Positions 21,125 through 29,971 of a stretch of DNA of 64,000 nt are shown here, in pieces. A program made the position numbers and the translations under genes. The notes under the pieces are model-generated. The model was not told the DNA's origin, ran no database searches, and saw only the letters and a list, made by a program, of their open reading frames with translations. The number at the start of each line of letters is the position of its first letter. Position 1 is the stretch's first letter. Origin of the DNA: an uncultured Muribaculaceae bacterium (GTDB lineage: Bacteria; Bacillota_I; Bacilli_A; RF39; UBA660); the NCBI GenBank assembly GCA_964458035.1, contig CAYWFZ010000004.1:361-64360 (forward strand), written 5' to 3'.

Positions 21125-22288
21125 TTATGCCGTCTTAATTACTACATTTTCTGTAGTCCATGAGGACGGACATTCAACCCCATAACCTTTTAGCACCATG
21201 TTCTGAGCTTTAGCATCTTTTACTTTTACAATTGCCTCTGCTGGCATATTATTAAAAACATCATATTTATGTGACATATTGCTTGTATCAAATGAACTTA
21301 TATCCAACATAGTTAAATTAGTACATCCAGCGAACATCTTATTCACACAACTAACCTTACTCGTATCAAAACTACTCAAATCCAAAGACTTTAAATTCTT
21401 ACAATTCATAAACATTTCTTCCATATTTGTTACATTGCTTGTATTAAAGGTACTAAAATCTACTATTTCTAAAGAACTACAGTCTCTAAACATCCAATGC
21501 AAACTTGTTGCACTACTTGTATCAAAGCTGCTTATATCCAAATTGACTAAAGATTTGCACGCATTAAACATCGCAACCATATCCGTTACATTTGAGGTAT
21601 CAAACGAGCTTAAATCTATTTTTATTAAATCATAACAATAGGCAAACATATTTCCCATTTTTATAACTTTATTTGTATTGAAACTGCTTAAATCTAATTC
21701 TATTAAAGAATCATTAGAAAAAAACATACATCTCATATTCTCCACGTTACTTGTATCAAAGTGACTTAAATCCAAACTAGTTATACTACTGCATCCATCA
21801 AACATACTTTCCATATTTATCACTTTAGCAGTATCAAAATTACTTACATCAAGGATCATTAGACTACTACAATGATAAAATAATCTTTCCATTGAAGTTA
21901 CATTTCTCGTATCAAATGATCTTACATCCAAATTGTGCAAATTATTGCATCCTTCAAACATACTTGTCATATTCGTTACGTTAGACGTATCAAAATTACT
22001 TGTATTCATTTTCAATAAAGTAGTACATCCTTTAAACATGCTAGACATATCAGTTACATTCGAGGTATCTAGATACTCTAATCCTTCTATTTCTAGTAAA
22101 TTTGAAAAATAAGAAAAAAGACCTGAACAGTTTTGACTTGCCTTTACACCTGTAATAGATTGAATATATAGTATATATTTGGGGCCTGAATCTGGAAACA
22201 TCTCATTCTTAGTCTTCTCAATATAAACATCAAATTCTTCATCTGTTGCCTCTTGCTGTTCTACAGCATATTTTTTTAAATTCCTCAA
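21125..22288 (-). CDS. BspA/DUF285-type leucine-rich-repeat protein, C-terminal portion of a frame-split gene
   Basis: 387-aa ORF, opened by the ORF track with TTG. Contains 10 repeats of the ~25-aa unit L..LD.S.FDTSNVTNM..MF..C. The C-terminus aligns with that of the 849-aa paralog, and there is no signal peptide of its own. Confidence 0.8.
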   Translation of the reverse strand: MRNLKKYAVEQQEATDEEFDVYIEKTKNEMFPDSGPKYILYIQSITGVKASQNCSGLFSYFSNLLEIEGLEYLDTSNVTDMSSMFKGCTTLLKMNTSNFDTSNVTNMTSMFEGCNNLHNLDVRSFDTRNVTSMERLFYHCSSLMILDVSNFDTAKVINMESMFDGCSSITSLDLSHFDTSNVENMRCMFFSNDSLIELDLSSFNTNKVIKMGNMFAYCYDLIKIDLSSFDTSNVTDMVAMFNACKSLVNLDISSFDTSSATSLHWMFRDCSSLEIVDFSTFNTSNVTNMEEMFMNCKNLKSLDLSSFDTSKVSCVNKMFAGCTNLTMLDISSFDTSNMSHKYDVFNNMPAEAIVKVKDAKAQNMVLKGYGVECPSSWTTENVVIKTA

Positions 22289-23213
22289 TAGTCATTCCCA
22301 ATTCTAATTCTATATATTTTTCAAAATAATTGTTTTTTTCTTTGTCTGACAAACCAAAAAATCTATTTTTTAATAATGCAAGTTCAATAAGAGCTGAGCC
22401 CTCAGTATTTATATCATTACCTTGCCTTTCAACAAGATTCTTTATATATTCTTCTTCAGTCATTCCTGTTAATACCATTAATAGTTCTTTAAATTTTACA
22501 TCTTTTTCTTCATCTGATAAAACAAAAGGAACTAGATAGCCCATTACGCTTCCATTATGTTCTTCAGATAAATCAAATGTTAGGTCATCTGTTGTTTCAT
22601 GTGGAATAACTTTATTTTCAAAAGTAGTTTTTAATACAGCATCCCTATATGCCCACAACCCAGTTGGCTCGGTCTCATCATTTGTAGCAGTCATCATTAC
22701 GCCACCTTGGCTAAATGGTTCAATATATTCTTCTCCTAAAGATTCTCTTTTTTTAGCATTAGCATTTAGCTTACATTCTATATGAAACTCCTTTTGTTCA
22801 TTTACCACCTTTTTTACTGAAACAATTAATGTACCTGTCTTTGTTTCTCCAGCTAAAACATTCATCTCTTTAGGTTGAAAATCAAATGATATGAACTCAT
22901 TATCATCAGAAGAAAAGGCAATAGTTACATTAGCATCATAGTTTCTCGACGTATTTGTGACGTTATATATTAGAGTTGTTGACTCTCCTAGTTCCTTAAG
23001 CTCCTTAGAAACAAATTCTATACGCTGTTTATCGTCTGATATAAAATCCTTTCTTATCAATCCATCAAGTTTTGCACTTGTAAATATTACATTGAAATCA
23101 TCTTTATTTTCTCCTATACCAACAAGCCCATTAATCACAAGTGTTGTACTAACAGCTGCAAAACCAATTGCTAGAAAAATAATCAATATGATTATTATAT
23201 TTCTTCTTTTCAT
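22239..23213 (-). CDS. N-terminal portion of the same frame-split LRR surface-protein gene (signal peptide + conserved N-terminal module)
   Basis: Start MKRRNIII at 23213 (AGGTG upstream). The N-terminal ~160 aa are very similar to the paralog at 23316..25859. The frame ends 10 codons after an A7 tract (22271-22277), and the downstream ORF continues in the +1 frame. Confidence 0.8.
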   Translation of the reverse strand: MKRRNIIIILIIFLAIGFAAVSTTLVINGLVGIGENKDDFNVIFTSAKLDGLIRKDFISDDKQRIEFVSKELKELGESTTLIYNVTNTSRNYDANVTIAFSSDDNEFISFDFQPKEMNVLAGETKTGTLIVSVKKVVNEQKEFHIECKLNANAKKRESLGEEYIEPFSQGGVMMTATNDETEPTGLWAYRDAVLKTTFENKVIPHETTDDLTFDLSEEHNGSVMGYLVPFVLSDEEKDVKFKELLMVLTGMTEEEYIKNLVERQGNDINTEGSALIELALLKNRFFGLSDKEKNNYFEKYIELELGMTIEEFKKICCRTARGNR

Positions 23214-23302
23214 ATATACACCTACTACTATTACTACATTCATTGTATCAAACATTTGATGGACTAACACTACTTTAAGTGTATAATGACATATTGATTG
23301 AC

Positions 23303-23327
23303 AAAAAAAAGAAGCTTATACAGCTTC
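23303..23327 (-). terminator. Rho-independent terminator after the 849-aa LRR gene
   Basis: Stem GAAGCT/AGCTTC (23311-23316 and 23322-23327), 5-nt loop, then T8 on the minus strand (23303-23310). The stem overlaps the stop codon. Confidence 0.7.
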
Positions 23328-25859
23328 CTTAATTACTACATTATCTACTGTCCATCCAGTTGGTCTATCATTACTGCCTAGTGCAAGAGCCCAATCTTGT
23401 ACAGCTTTATCTTTAACATATACAGTAGCAGAAGAGTTAACCCCATCAAATATATAATTTTTACTAGAAATAGAATTAATTCGTTCATAATCTAGATTAC
23501 TTATATCTAATGTTATTAAACTATTACAATTAAAAAACATAAAACGTATATCAGCCACATTTGACATATTTAAAGATGAGAGGTCTAAATTTTTTAATTT
23601 TTTGCAATTCGAAAATAGTTGCGACATATCAGTAACATTACTTGTATCTAATGCAGTTAAATCCAAGCTTATTAACCCCTCACACTTTTCAAACATCGAA
23701 CGCATATTTGTTACATTAGATGTTTGAAAATCACTTAAATCTATACTTGTTAATACGCTACATTCCCTAAACATATTAGACATATTTGTTACATTAGATG
23801 TATCAAATTTAGTTAAAACTATATTTGTTAATTTGCTACATCTGAAGAACATGCCCGACATATCTGTTACATTAGATGTATTAAGACCTTCCAAGTCTAT
23901 TTTTGTTAGACCACTACAGCCACTAAACATGTCAGACATATTTGTTACATTGCTTAAATTTATTGATTTCATATTTATATCATTTAAAGCCATACACGAT
24001 TCAAACATATTAGACATATTTGTTACACTGCCTGTGTCCAATGGAGTTAAGTCTATACTTGTTAACCCCCAACAATTTAGAAACATCTCGGACATATTTG
24101 TTACACTGCCCGTGTCCAATGGAGTTAAGTCTATACCTGTTAAACCGCTGCATCCCAAAAACATACCCGACATATTCGTTACACTTGAAGTATTTAATGA
24201 GGTTAAATCTATATTTGTTAAATTTCTACAATTCGCAAACATTCCAGACATATTGGTTACCTTACTTGTATCTATCGAAGATATAGTTAGGCTTGTTAAT
24301 GAACTACAATTTCCAAACATTCTAGTCATAGCTGTTACATTACTCGTATTTAACGGAGTTAAGTCTATACTTGTTAAGCCAGACTCAGAAAACATTTCAG
24401 ACATATTTCTTACACTGCTCGTATCTAGTAAAGTTAAATCTATAGATTTTAAAGCATAGCATCTGCCAAATAGCGAGGACATATCTGTTACATTTCTTGT
24501 TCCATAAGAAGAAAACAATACAGATGTCAAAGCAATGCATTCATAAAACATTGAAGACATGTTTGTTACACTCGACATATTTAATGAAGATAAGTCAACA
24601 GCCAATAATGCCCTACAGAATTCAAACATTGAGGACATATTAACCACATTACTTGTATTTGCTGATGTTAAATTTATACTTGTTAAACTGCTGCATTCGT
24701 AAAACATTCTTGCCATATTAGTTACATTAACAGCATTAAGTCCCTCTAAATCAATTGTTGTTAAACTACTACAGTTGCTAAACATGTAAGACATATTTGT
24801 TACATTATTTATATTTATAGATTTTAAATTTATATCATTTAAAGCAGTACACCCCGCAAACATATAACTTATATCTGTCACTTTTGAAAAGTCTATTTGA
24901 TTTAAGTCAAAGCTTGTTATACTTTCACATCTACTAAACATAGATTGCATAGAAACGGCATAACTTGTATCAAAATACTGCATATTTCTTATCTCTTTTA
25001 ATTCTCCGAATCCTGCAAATAAACTACTCGAATCATAATTAGCATAAACCATCTCGTTTCCTTGAATATATAAAGTATATCCATTTGTTGTTTCAGTCAT
25101 ACTACCATCACCATTACGCAAATAATGTGAATCTTCAAATGTATCTTCATTTTTTACTAAATACGCCATTACAGATCTGTCTTGTGCGACTGACACATCA
25201 AACGACATAGTTCCTTCTTCATCATGCGAGTATAAAGTGTTTTCAAATTCAACTTGGGTTATTACACTAGAATTCTTCCAAAAGAATCTTTCAGCAGCAG
25301 CAGCTCTAGTTCTAATTGAATTTGATGGGAATCTAGACATCATCATTCCTGGCATACCATATTTTGTAAATTCTCCAACACTATCTCGCGCTAAAGCTTT
25401 TGCACCTAATGTAAGACTTACTTTAATTTCCTTTGGCTCAGTTAATGCCTTTTTTAATCTAATACGTATACCCCCATAGTTGCTTTCTCCTGCTGCTAAT
25501 TGCATAGTACTTGGCTCATATTCAACATCTACTAAATCATTTTCTTCTATATTATATGTAAAATCTATATCTGCATCATAACCTTTAGAAAAATTGGTTA
25601 CTTCAAAAATTAAAACATATTCTTCTCCAACTGTCGATAACTCATATGTTTCAAATTCAATATTCTTTCCTTCATTAGTTATAAAATACTCACTTACATC
25701 TTCATCATACACCATTGCTTTTGTAAAAATTACTTTAAAGTCATCTTTGTTCTCGCTTATACCAACAAGTCCATTGATAACTAGTGTTGTACTAACAGCG
25801 GCAAAACCAACTGCTAGAAAAATAATCAACATAATTATTATATTTCTACGTCTTTTCAT
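23316..25859 (-). CDS. BspA/DUF285-type leucine-rich-repeat surface protein (intact paralog)
   Basis: Start MKRRRNIII at 25859 (AGGTG upstream). It has a signal peptide, a conserved N-terminal module, and 19 recognisable 25-26-aa repeats (L.SIDL..L.TS.VTNMS.MF..C). Confidence 0.88.
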   Translation of the reverse strand: MKRRRNIIIMLIIFLAVGFAAVSTTLVINGLVGISENKDDFKVIFTKAMVYDEDVSEYFITNEGKNIEFETYELSTVGEEYVLIFEVTNFSKGYDADIDFTYNIEENDLVDVEYEPSTMQLAAGESNYGGIRIRLKKALTEPKEIKVSLTLGAKALARDSVGEFTKYGMPGMMMSRFPSNSIRTRAAAAERFFWKNSSVITQVEFENTLYSHDEEGTMSFDVSVAQDRSVMAYLVKNEDTFEDSHYLRNGDGSMTETTNGYTLYIQGNEMVYANYDSSSLFAGFGELKEIRNMQYFDTSYAVSMQSMFSRCESITSFDLNQIDFSKVTDISYMFAGCTALNDINLKSININNVTNMSYMFSNCSSLTTIDLEGLNAVNVTNMARMFYECSSLTSINLTSANTSNVVNMSSMFEFCRALLAVDLSSLNMSSVTNMSSMFYECIALTSVLFSSYGTRNVTDMSSLFGRCYALKSIDLTLLDTSSVRNMSEMFSESGLTSIDLTPLNTSNVTAMTRMFGNCSSLTSLTISSIDTSKVTNMSGMFANCRNLTNIDLTSLNTSSVTNMSGMFLGCSGLTGIDLTPLDTGSVTNMSEMFLNCWGLTSIDLTPLDTGSVTNMSNMFESCMALNDINMKSINLSNVTNMSDMFSGCSGLTKIDLEGLNTSNVTDMSGMFFRCSKLTNIVLTKFDTSNVTNMSNMFRECSVLTSIDLSDFQTSNVTNMRSMFEKCEGLISLDLTALDTSNVTDMSQLFSNCKKLKNLDLSSLNMSNVADIRFMFFNCNSLITLDISNLDYERINSISSKNYIFDGVNSSATVYVKDKAVQDWALALGSNDRPTGWTVDNVVIKEAV
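23460..24960 (-). repeat. Tandem 75-78-bp coding repeats (LRR units)
   Basis: Periodic DNA is visible by eye. The best pair is 24013-24066 versus 24091-24144, which differ at 2 of 54 positions. Confidence 0.85.
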
Positions 25860-25996
25860 ATACACACCTACTACTATTTATTCTATTGTATCAAACATTT
25901 GACGGTCTAACACCACTCTAACTGTATAATAGTTATCTAGTTTACGAATAATAGCGCACTTTCATGTCAATAAAAAAAGAACTACAAGAGTTCTTT

Positions 25997-27451
25997 TTAA
26001 ACATATATTAATATTGCTAATATAACAAAGATTACTAATAAAATTGCTAAAGCAAATTTCCAAATAAATTTGAAGTAATCTTTAAATTTAATATCTAAGC
26101 ATGAAAGACCTAACATTAATATTGCACTAGTTGGAGCAATAAATTGAATTACACCATAAGCAGATTGTAATATTAATGCAGCAACATTTGCATCTTTAAA
26201 GTTTAGGAATACAGAACCAACCGTACTAACAGTATATTGGAAATCAACTGCAAATAAACTAGTTAATGCACCTGATGCAAATAATGTGGCAAAGTTGTTT
26301 CCTAAACTCATGATTTTATCAACAAAGAATGATATTGTTGGGAATATAATTGAAATCTCTAATACTAAGTAAACCATCATTAGAATTGCTACAGGTTTAA
26401 CAATTACTTTAAATCCTTCAACATATTCATCTAACATTTTATCAAATGGAACATGGTAAACAAATTTAATTACTAAACTAGCGAATAGTAATAAACCAGC
26501 ACCAGCAAGTAGATCCCATTCACCAAATGGAACTAATGAATTTCCTAAAATATAAGAATAAACATTTTCACCAAATAGTGTTGCATTTTGAATCCATTTA
26601 GTTGCATTTGTAAATACTTTAACATTAAATGCAGCTTCCCATCCAATATAAGCAAGAATAGTAACAATAAATACTATTGCAAGAACAACTACTAATCCAA
26701 CAGCAGATACTCTTCTTTTCTTCTTTTCTTTAGTTTTCTTTTTCTTATCTTCTGGCTTAACTTCTTTAATAGTTATAAATGGATCAACTAATAATTCATA
26801 AGCATTACCTTTTTTATCTTTACCTTTACTCATTCTTCCTAAAACGAAATAAGTAAGTAATAGATAAGCAACTGCAAACAACACGATAGTTGATGCAATC
26901 TCAAATCCATAAGATACGCCTAAACCATTAGTTGCATCAACTAAAATACCAGTGATTTTTGGTGCATAAGTAGCTCCAAGAATACCAACAAGTATTCCAC
27001 CAAAAGTTGCAACTAAACCAGATACTTTATCAACATTTAATTTTGTAAGTATACTTATAACAAATGGAATAAGTGCAAATAATACTAAGTAATCTGTACT
27101 AATTCCTGCTAAAGCACCAAATACTAAGATTGATAAAGCAACTAAGATTTTTTCCTTTCCTTTAAATTTTGCTGCAATACTACTTGTTAAATTATCATAA
27201 GCTTCAAGTGATCCTATAAATTTATAGAATCCAGCAACAACAATAACAAACATAAATACAACAGTAAAATAAAACATTTGTAACAAACTATAAGTTGTTA
27301 AATCAAATAGTCCAACTCTGTTGAAACCATTGTCTGCTAAAGTTCCTGATGCGAAGTATGATGAACTTACTAACCAAGTTAATAATGTAGCAATTAAAAC
27401 AAAAATTCCAGTAAGTTTGAATAAATCATGCTTTTCAAAAAACTTTTTCAT
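25997..27451 (-). CDS. Polytopic membrane transporter, YfcC/DcuC-like
   Basis: Start MKKFFEK at 27451 (AGGAGG 7 nt upstream). About 12 TM segments, an N-terminus of the YfcC type (LIATLLTWLV...), and a Lys-rich cytoplasmic loop (KPEDKKKKTKEKKKRR). Confidence 0.55.
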   Translation of the reverse strand: MKKFFEKHDLFKLTGIFVLIATLLTWLVSSSYFASGTLADNGFNRVGLFDLTTYSLLQMFYFTVVFMFVIVVAGFYKFIGSLEAYDNLTSSIAAKFKGKEKILVALSILVFGALAGISTDYLVLFALIPFVISILTKLNVDKVSGLVATFGGILVGILGATYAPKITGILVDATNGLGVSYGFEIASTIVLFAVAYLLLTYFVLGRMSKGKDKKGNAYELLVDPFITIKEVKPEDKKKKTKEKKKRRVSAVGLVVVLAIVFIVTILAYIGWEAAFNVKVFTNATKWIQNATLFGENVYSYILGNSLVPFGEWDLLAGAGLLLFASLVIKFVYHVPFDKMLDEYVEGFKVIVKPVAILMMVYLVLEISIIFPTISFFVDKIMSLGNNFATLFASGALTSLFAVDFQYTVSTVGSVFLNFKDANVAALILQSAYGVIQFIAPTSAILMLGLSCLDIKFKDYFKFIWKFALAILLVIFVILAILIYV

Positions 27452-27530
27452 TTCTAACCTCCTAACACAATTATACCACAATCTCCAAGCAGTGTATGAA
27501 AAATTGGTGAAAAAAAAGGACAAAAATTAT

Positions 27531-28307
27531 CTATTTTTGTCCGTTTATATACTTTTTATACTCATTGTTAATAAGTTTCAATGTTTTAAACTCTTTATTT
27601 GTTCCACTTACAATTGAATGAAGTTCAGATGGAATTTGTTTTTGAAAACCTAACTCTTCAAATTTAGTCATAAGAATTCTTCCATCAAATGTCTTTCTCT
27701 TTTGACCATATGGTGTTTCTCTAAAAACTATTAAAGGAGAGTAAAAAACATTTTCTTCATCGATGCTTCTTCCATAATAAGATGTTTTACGATAAACAAG
27801 TGGTCCAAACTGTTTTAAGTATTGAAATCTTATATCATCAGGTAATTGATAATATGTATATGCTAAAGATGACTCAAGTGTTTTTCTTACAGTAACATCA
27901 TATTTAAACTCTAATAAAGAATTAATGTCCCCTATATACTGTGAATACTCAATTACGTCTCTTGGATAGTTATCCTGAGCTGGTAAATAAGAAACTCTAG
28001 TTTCTAAAGTACCAAGTCCATTTGTTTTAATAACTTCTTTCATATTTGAATCAACTACATTATATATAAATTCAGTTGTTCCAAAAACTTGAAAAATTGG
28101 ATCTTCTATATTTATAAAATAAGGATTTAATTTCTCTCCATCATCTTCTACAATTCCAATAGCTGACTCACCATTTGCAACATAATACTTTCTTCCCTCA
28201 AAAATACTTTCTGCAAGTTTATCTATTGAACCATTGACATCATACAATAAATCAATTTGTTTTTGAATACCTTCTTTTTCATTATCACTAACTAATCTAA
28301 ATTCCAT
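27531..28307 (-). CDS. Hypothetical cytoplasmic protein (258 aa)
   Basis: Clean ORF followed by a strong hairpin (GGACAAAAAT/ATTTTTGTCC) plus T8. No recognisable motif. Confidence 0.7.
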   Translation of the reverse strand: MEFRLVSDNEKEGIQKQIDLLYDVNGSIDKLAESIFEGRKYYVANGESAIGIVEDDGEKLNPYFINIEDPIFQVFGTTEFIYNVVDSNMKEVIKTNGLGTLETRVSYLPAQDNYPRDVIEYSQYIGDINSLLEFKYDVTVRKTLESSLAYTYYQLPDDIRFQYLKQFGPLVYRKTSYYGRSIDEENVFYSPLIVFRETPYGQKRKTFDGRILMTKFEELGFQKQIPSELHSIVSGTNKEFKTLKLINNEYKKYINGQK

Positions 28308-28394
28308 ACCTCATCCCTCTTTAAGAAATTATCTTAACACATTTTAATAATATTTAAAACACTAAATACATAAATATATATCGAGGTGAAAAAA

Positions 28395-28724
28395 ATGAAT
28401 GGAACATATTATCCAAATCCCACATTCCCAAACAATATGACAAACTTCGCACCAGAACAAGAAGTAAGTACAAATACTCTGCCTATGGAACAAAGTTATA
28501 TTGAAAATATCTTAAGATTAAATAAAGGAAAGAAAGCCAAAGTATTTTGCTCCTTCCCTGATTCAAATGAATGGAGAGATAAAATCTATAATGGAATTAT
28601 TGAACAATCGGGTAAAGACCATCTTGTTATGTCATCTCCCGAAAGAGGAGATTGGTATTTAATTCCAATGATTTATGTTAATTGGGTAGAATTTGAAGAG
28701 CCAATTAATTTCAAAGTATTTTAA
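28395..28724 (+). CDS. gerQ: Spore coat protein GerQ-like
   Basis: Core MEQSYIENILRLNKGKKAKVFCSF...GKDHLVMSSP...YVNWVEFEE matches my recollection of the GerQ C-terminal domain. ATG at 28395 has GAGGTG 6 nt upstream. Confidence 0.7.
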   Translation: MNGTYYPNPTFPNNMTNFAPEQEVSTNTLPMEQSYIENILRLNKGKKAKVFCSFPDSNEWRDKIYNGIIEQSGKDHLVMSSPERGDWYLIPMIYVNWVEFEEPINFKVF

Positions 28725-29257
28725 AGTATAGTTAAAAAATAATTTAGATTGTTTATTTCATCCCCTAAAGTAGTTACTCCAAAATGTCCAGGCATTAATG
28801 TTATATCGCTTGGATATTTTAAAATATTCTTTATACTCTGTTTCATATCAAAAGGACTTGCACCCATCATATCAGTTCTACCTATTCCCCCTTTAAAAAT
28901 AAAATCTCCAACAAACATTACTTTATCATCTTTAAAATAAATACTTATTGAATCATCCATATGACCCGGAGTACTTATTACATCAAAAGAAAAATTTTCA
29001 ATTACATGGTTACCTTCATTTAAATTGTGACCATTATAAAGTCTTGTATTATATTTATTTAAAAGTTCTAAAGAAGCACCTGTATGATCATCATGACTAT
29101 GAGTAATAATGATTCCGAGTACCTTTTTATCACTTGATATATTTGATGCAATCAAAGAAGCATTATCCCCTGGATCAATTATTAAAACAGAGTTGCCCCT
29201 TTCTAAAATATAACAATTTGTTTGTAAACTCCCTACTATAACACACGTTATTTTCAT
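28721..29257 (-). CDS. MBL-fold metallo-hydrolase (glyoxalase II-like)
   Basis: 178 aa with the metal-binding motif THSHDDHTG and a later HMDD/GH pattern. Confidence 0.8.
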   Translation of the reverse strand: MKITCVIVGSLQTNCYILERGNSVLIIDPGDNASLIASNISSDKKVLGIIITHSHDDHTGASLELLNKYNTRLYNGHNLNEGNHVIENFSFDVISTPGHMDDSISIYFKDDKVMFVGDFIFKGGIGRTDMMGASPFDMKQSIKNILKYPSDITLMPGHFGVTTLGDEINNLNYFLTIL

Positions 29258-29304
29258 CTAGTATATAACATCCTTTCATGATATAATTAACATAAGGTGA
29301 TAAT

Positions 29305-29853
29305 ATGGAAATGATTTTAATTATACTCTTAACAATTATAATAATAGCGTCCCTTTTAGCTATGTCCTATATTATATTATACAATAAAATTCAATTTTCT
29401 AAAATCAGAATTGAACAAGCTGAAAACGTTATTTTAGAAGAATTAAAAAATAGATATGACTTGATAATAAAATGTAAAAAAGCTGTTGAAAAAAATACTA
29501 AAATGGATTTAACATTATTCTCTGACTTAGAGAAAACTAAACAAGCAAACATTACAAGTTATGATTTAGAAAGAAAAATAAATGATGCCGTTAATACTAT
29601 TTATTTAATTAAAAATGATTATCCCAAAATTGAAGAGAAAAAAGATTTTAAAGAAGTCATTAGAAAACTAAATGAATCAGATACTAAAATAAATGCTGCT
29701 AAATCATTCTATAATAAACACAATAAAGAATTAATTACTTTAATAAAATCATTCCCATCTAATATAATTGCTTTAATTCATGGAATAAAAATTCAACCAT
29801 TTTATGAAGCGGTTGAAATATTTAATGAATCAGATGATGGTATTAAAATCTAG
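29305..29853 (+). CDS. lemA: LemA family protein
   Basis: 182 aa with an N-terminal TM followed by a helical LemA pattern (YN..Q..K..IEQA...I...L..RYDLI ... FYN). Confidence 0.8.
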   Translation: MEMILIILLTIIIIASLLAMSYIILYNKIQFSKIRIEQAENVILEELKNRYDLIIKCKKAVEKNTKMDLTLFSDLEKTKQANITSYDLERKINDAVNTIYLIKNDYPKIEEKKDFKEVIRKLNESDTKINAAKSFYNKHNKELITLIKSFPSNIIALIHGIKIQPFYEAVEIFNESDDGIKI

Positions 29854-29938
29854 TTGAATAATTAATAATTATTATGCTATAATTTAAATAAGTGAGAAGC
29901 AGATTATCTCTTGGGTATGATGCTTACCACGGTTGGTT

Positions 29939-29971
29939 ACATCTTTATTCAGAAGAATAAGGATGTTTTTT
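29939..29971 (+). terminator. Rho-independent terminator downstream of lemA
   Basis: 12-bp stem ACATCTTTATTC/GAATAAGGATGT (one G-U pair), loop AGAA, then T5. Confidence 0.8.

Noticed and set aside
23833-24459. 208-aa and 88-aa plus-strand ORFs antisense to the LRR gene (also 21279..21635, 22330..22539, 22957..23259, 25237..25479, 25594..25902)
   Set aside because: Their periodic sequence (DIFVTL... repeats) is simply the reverse complement of the LRR repeat units. The minus-strand frames have signal peptides, RBSs and terminators. There is no independent expression signal.
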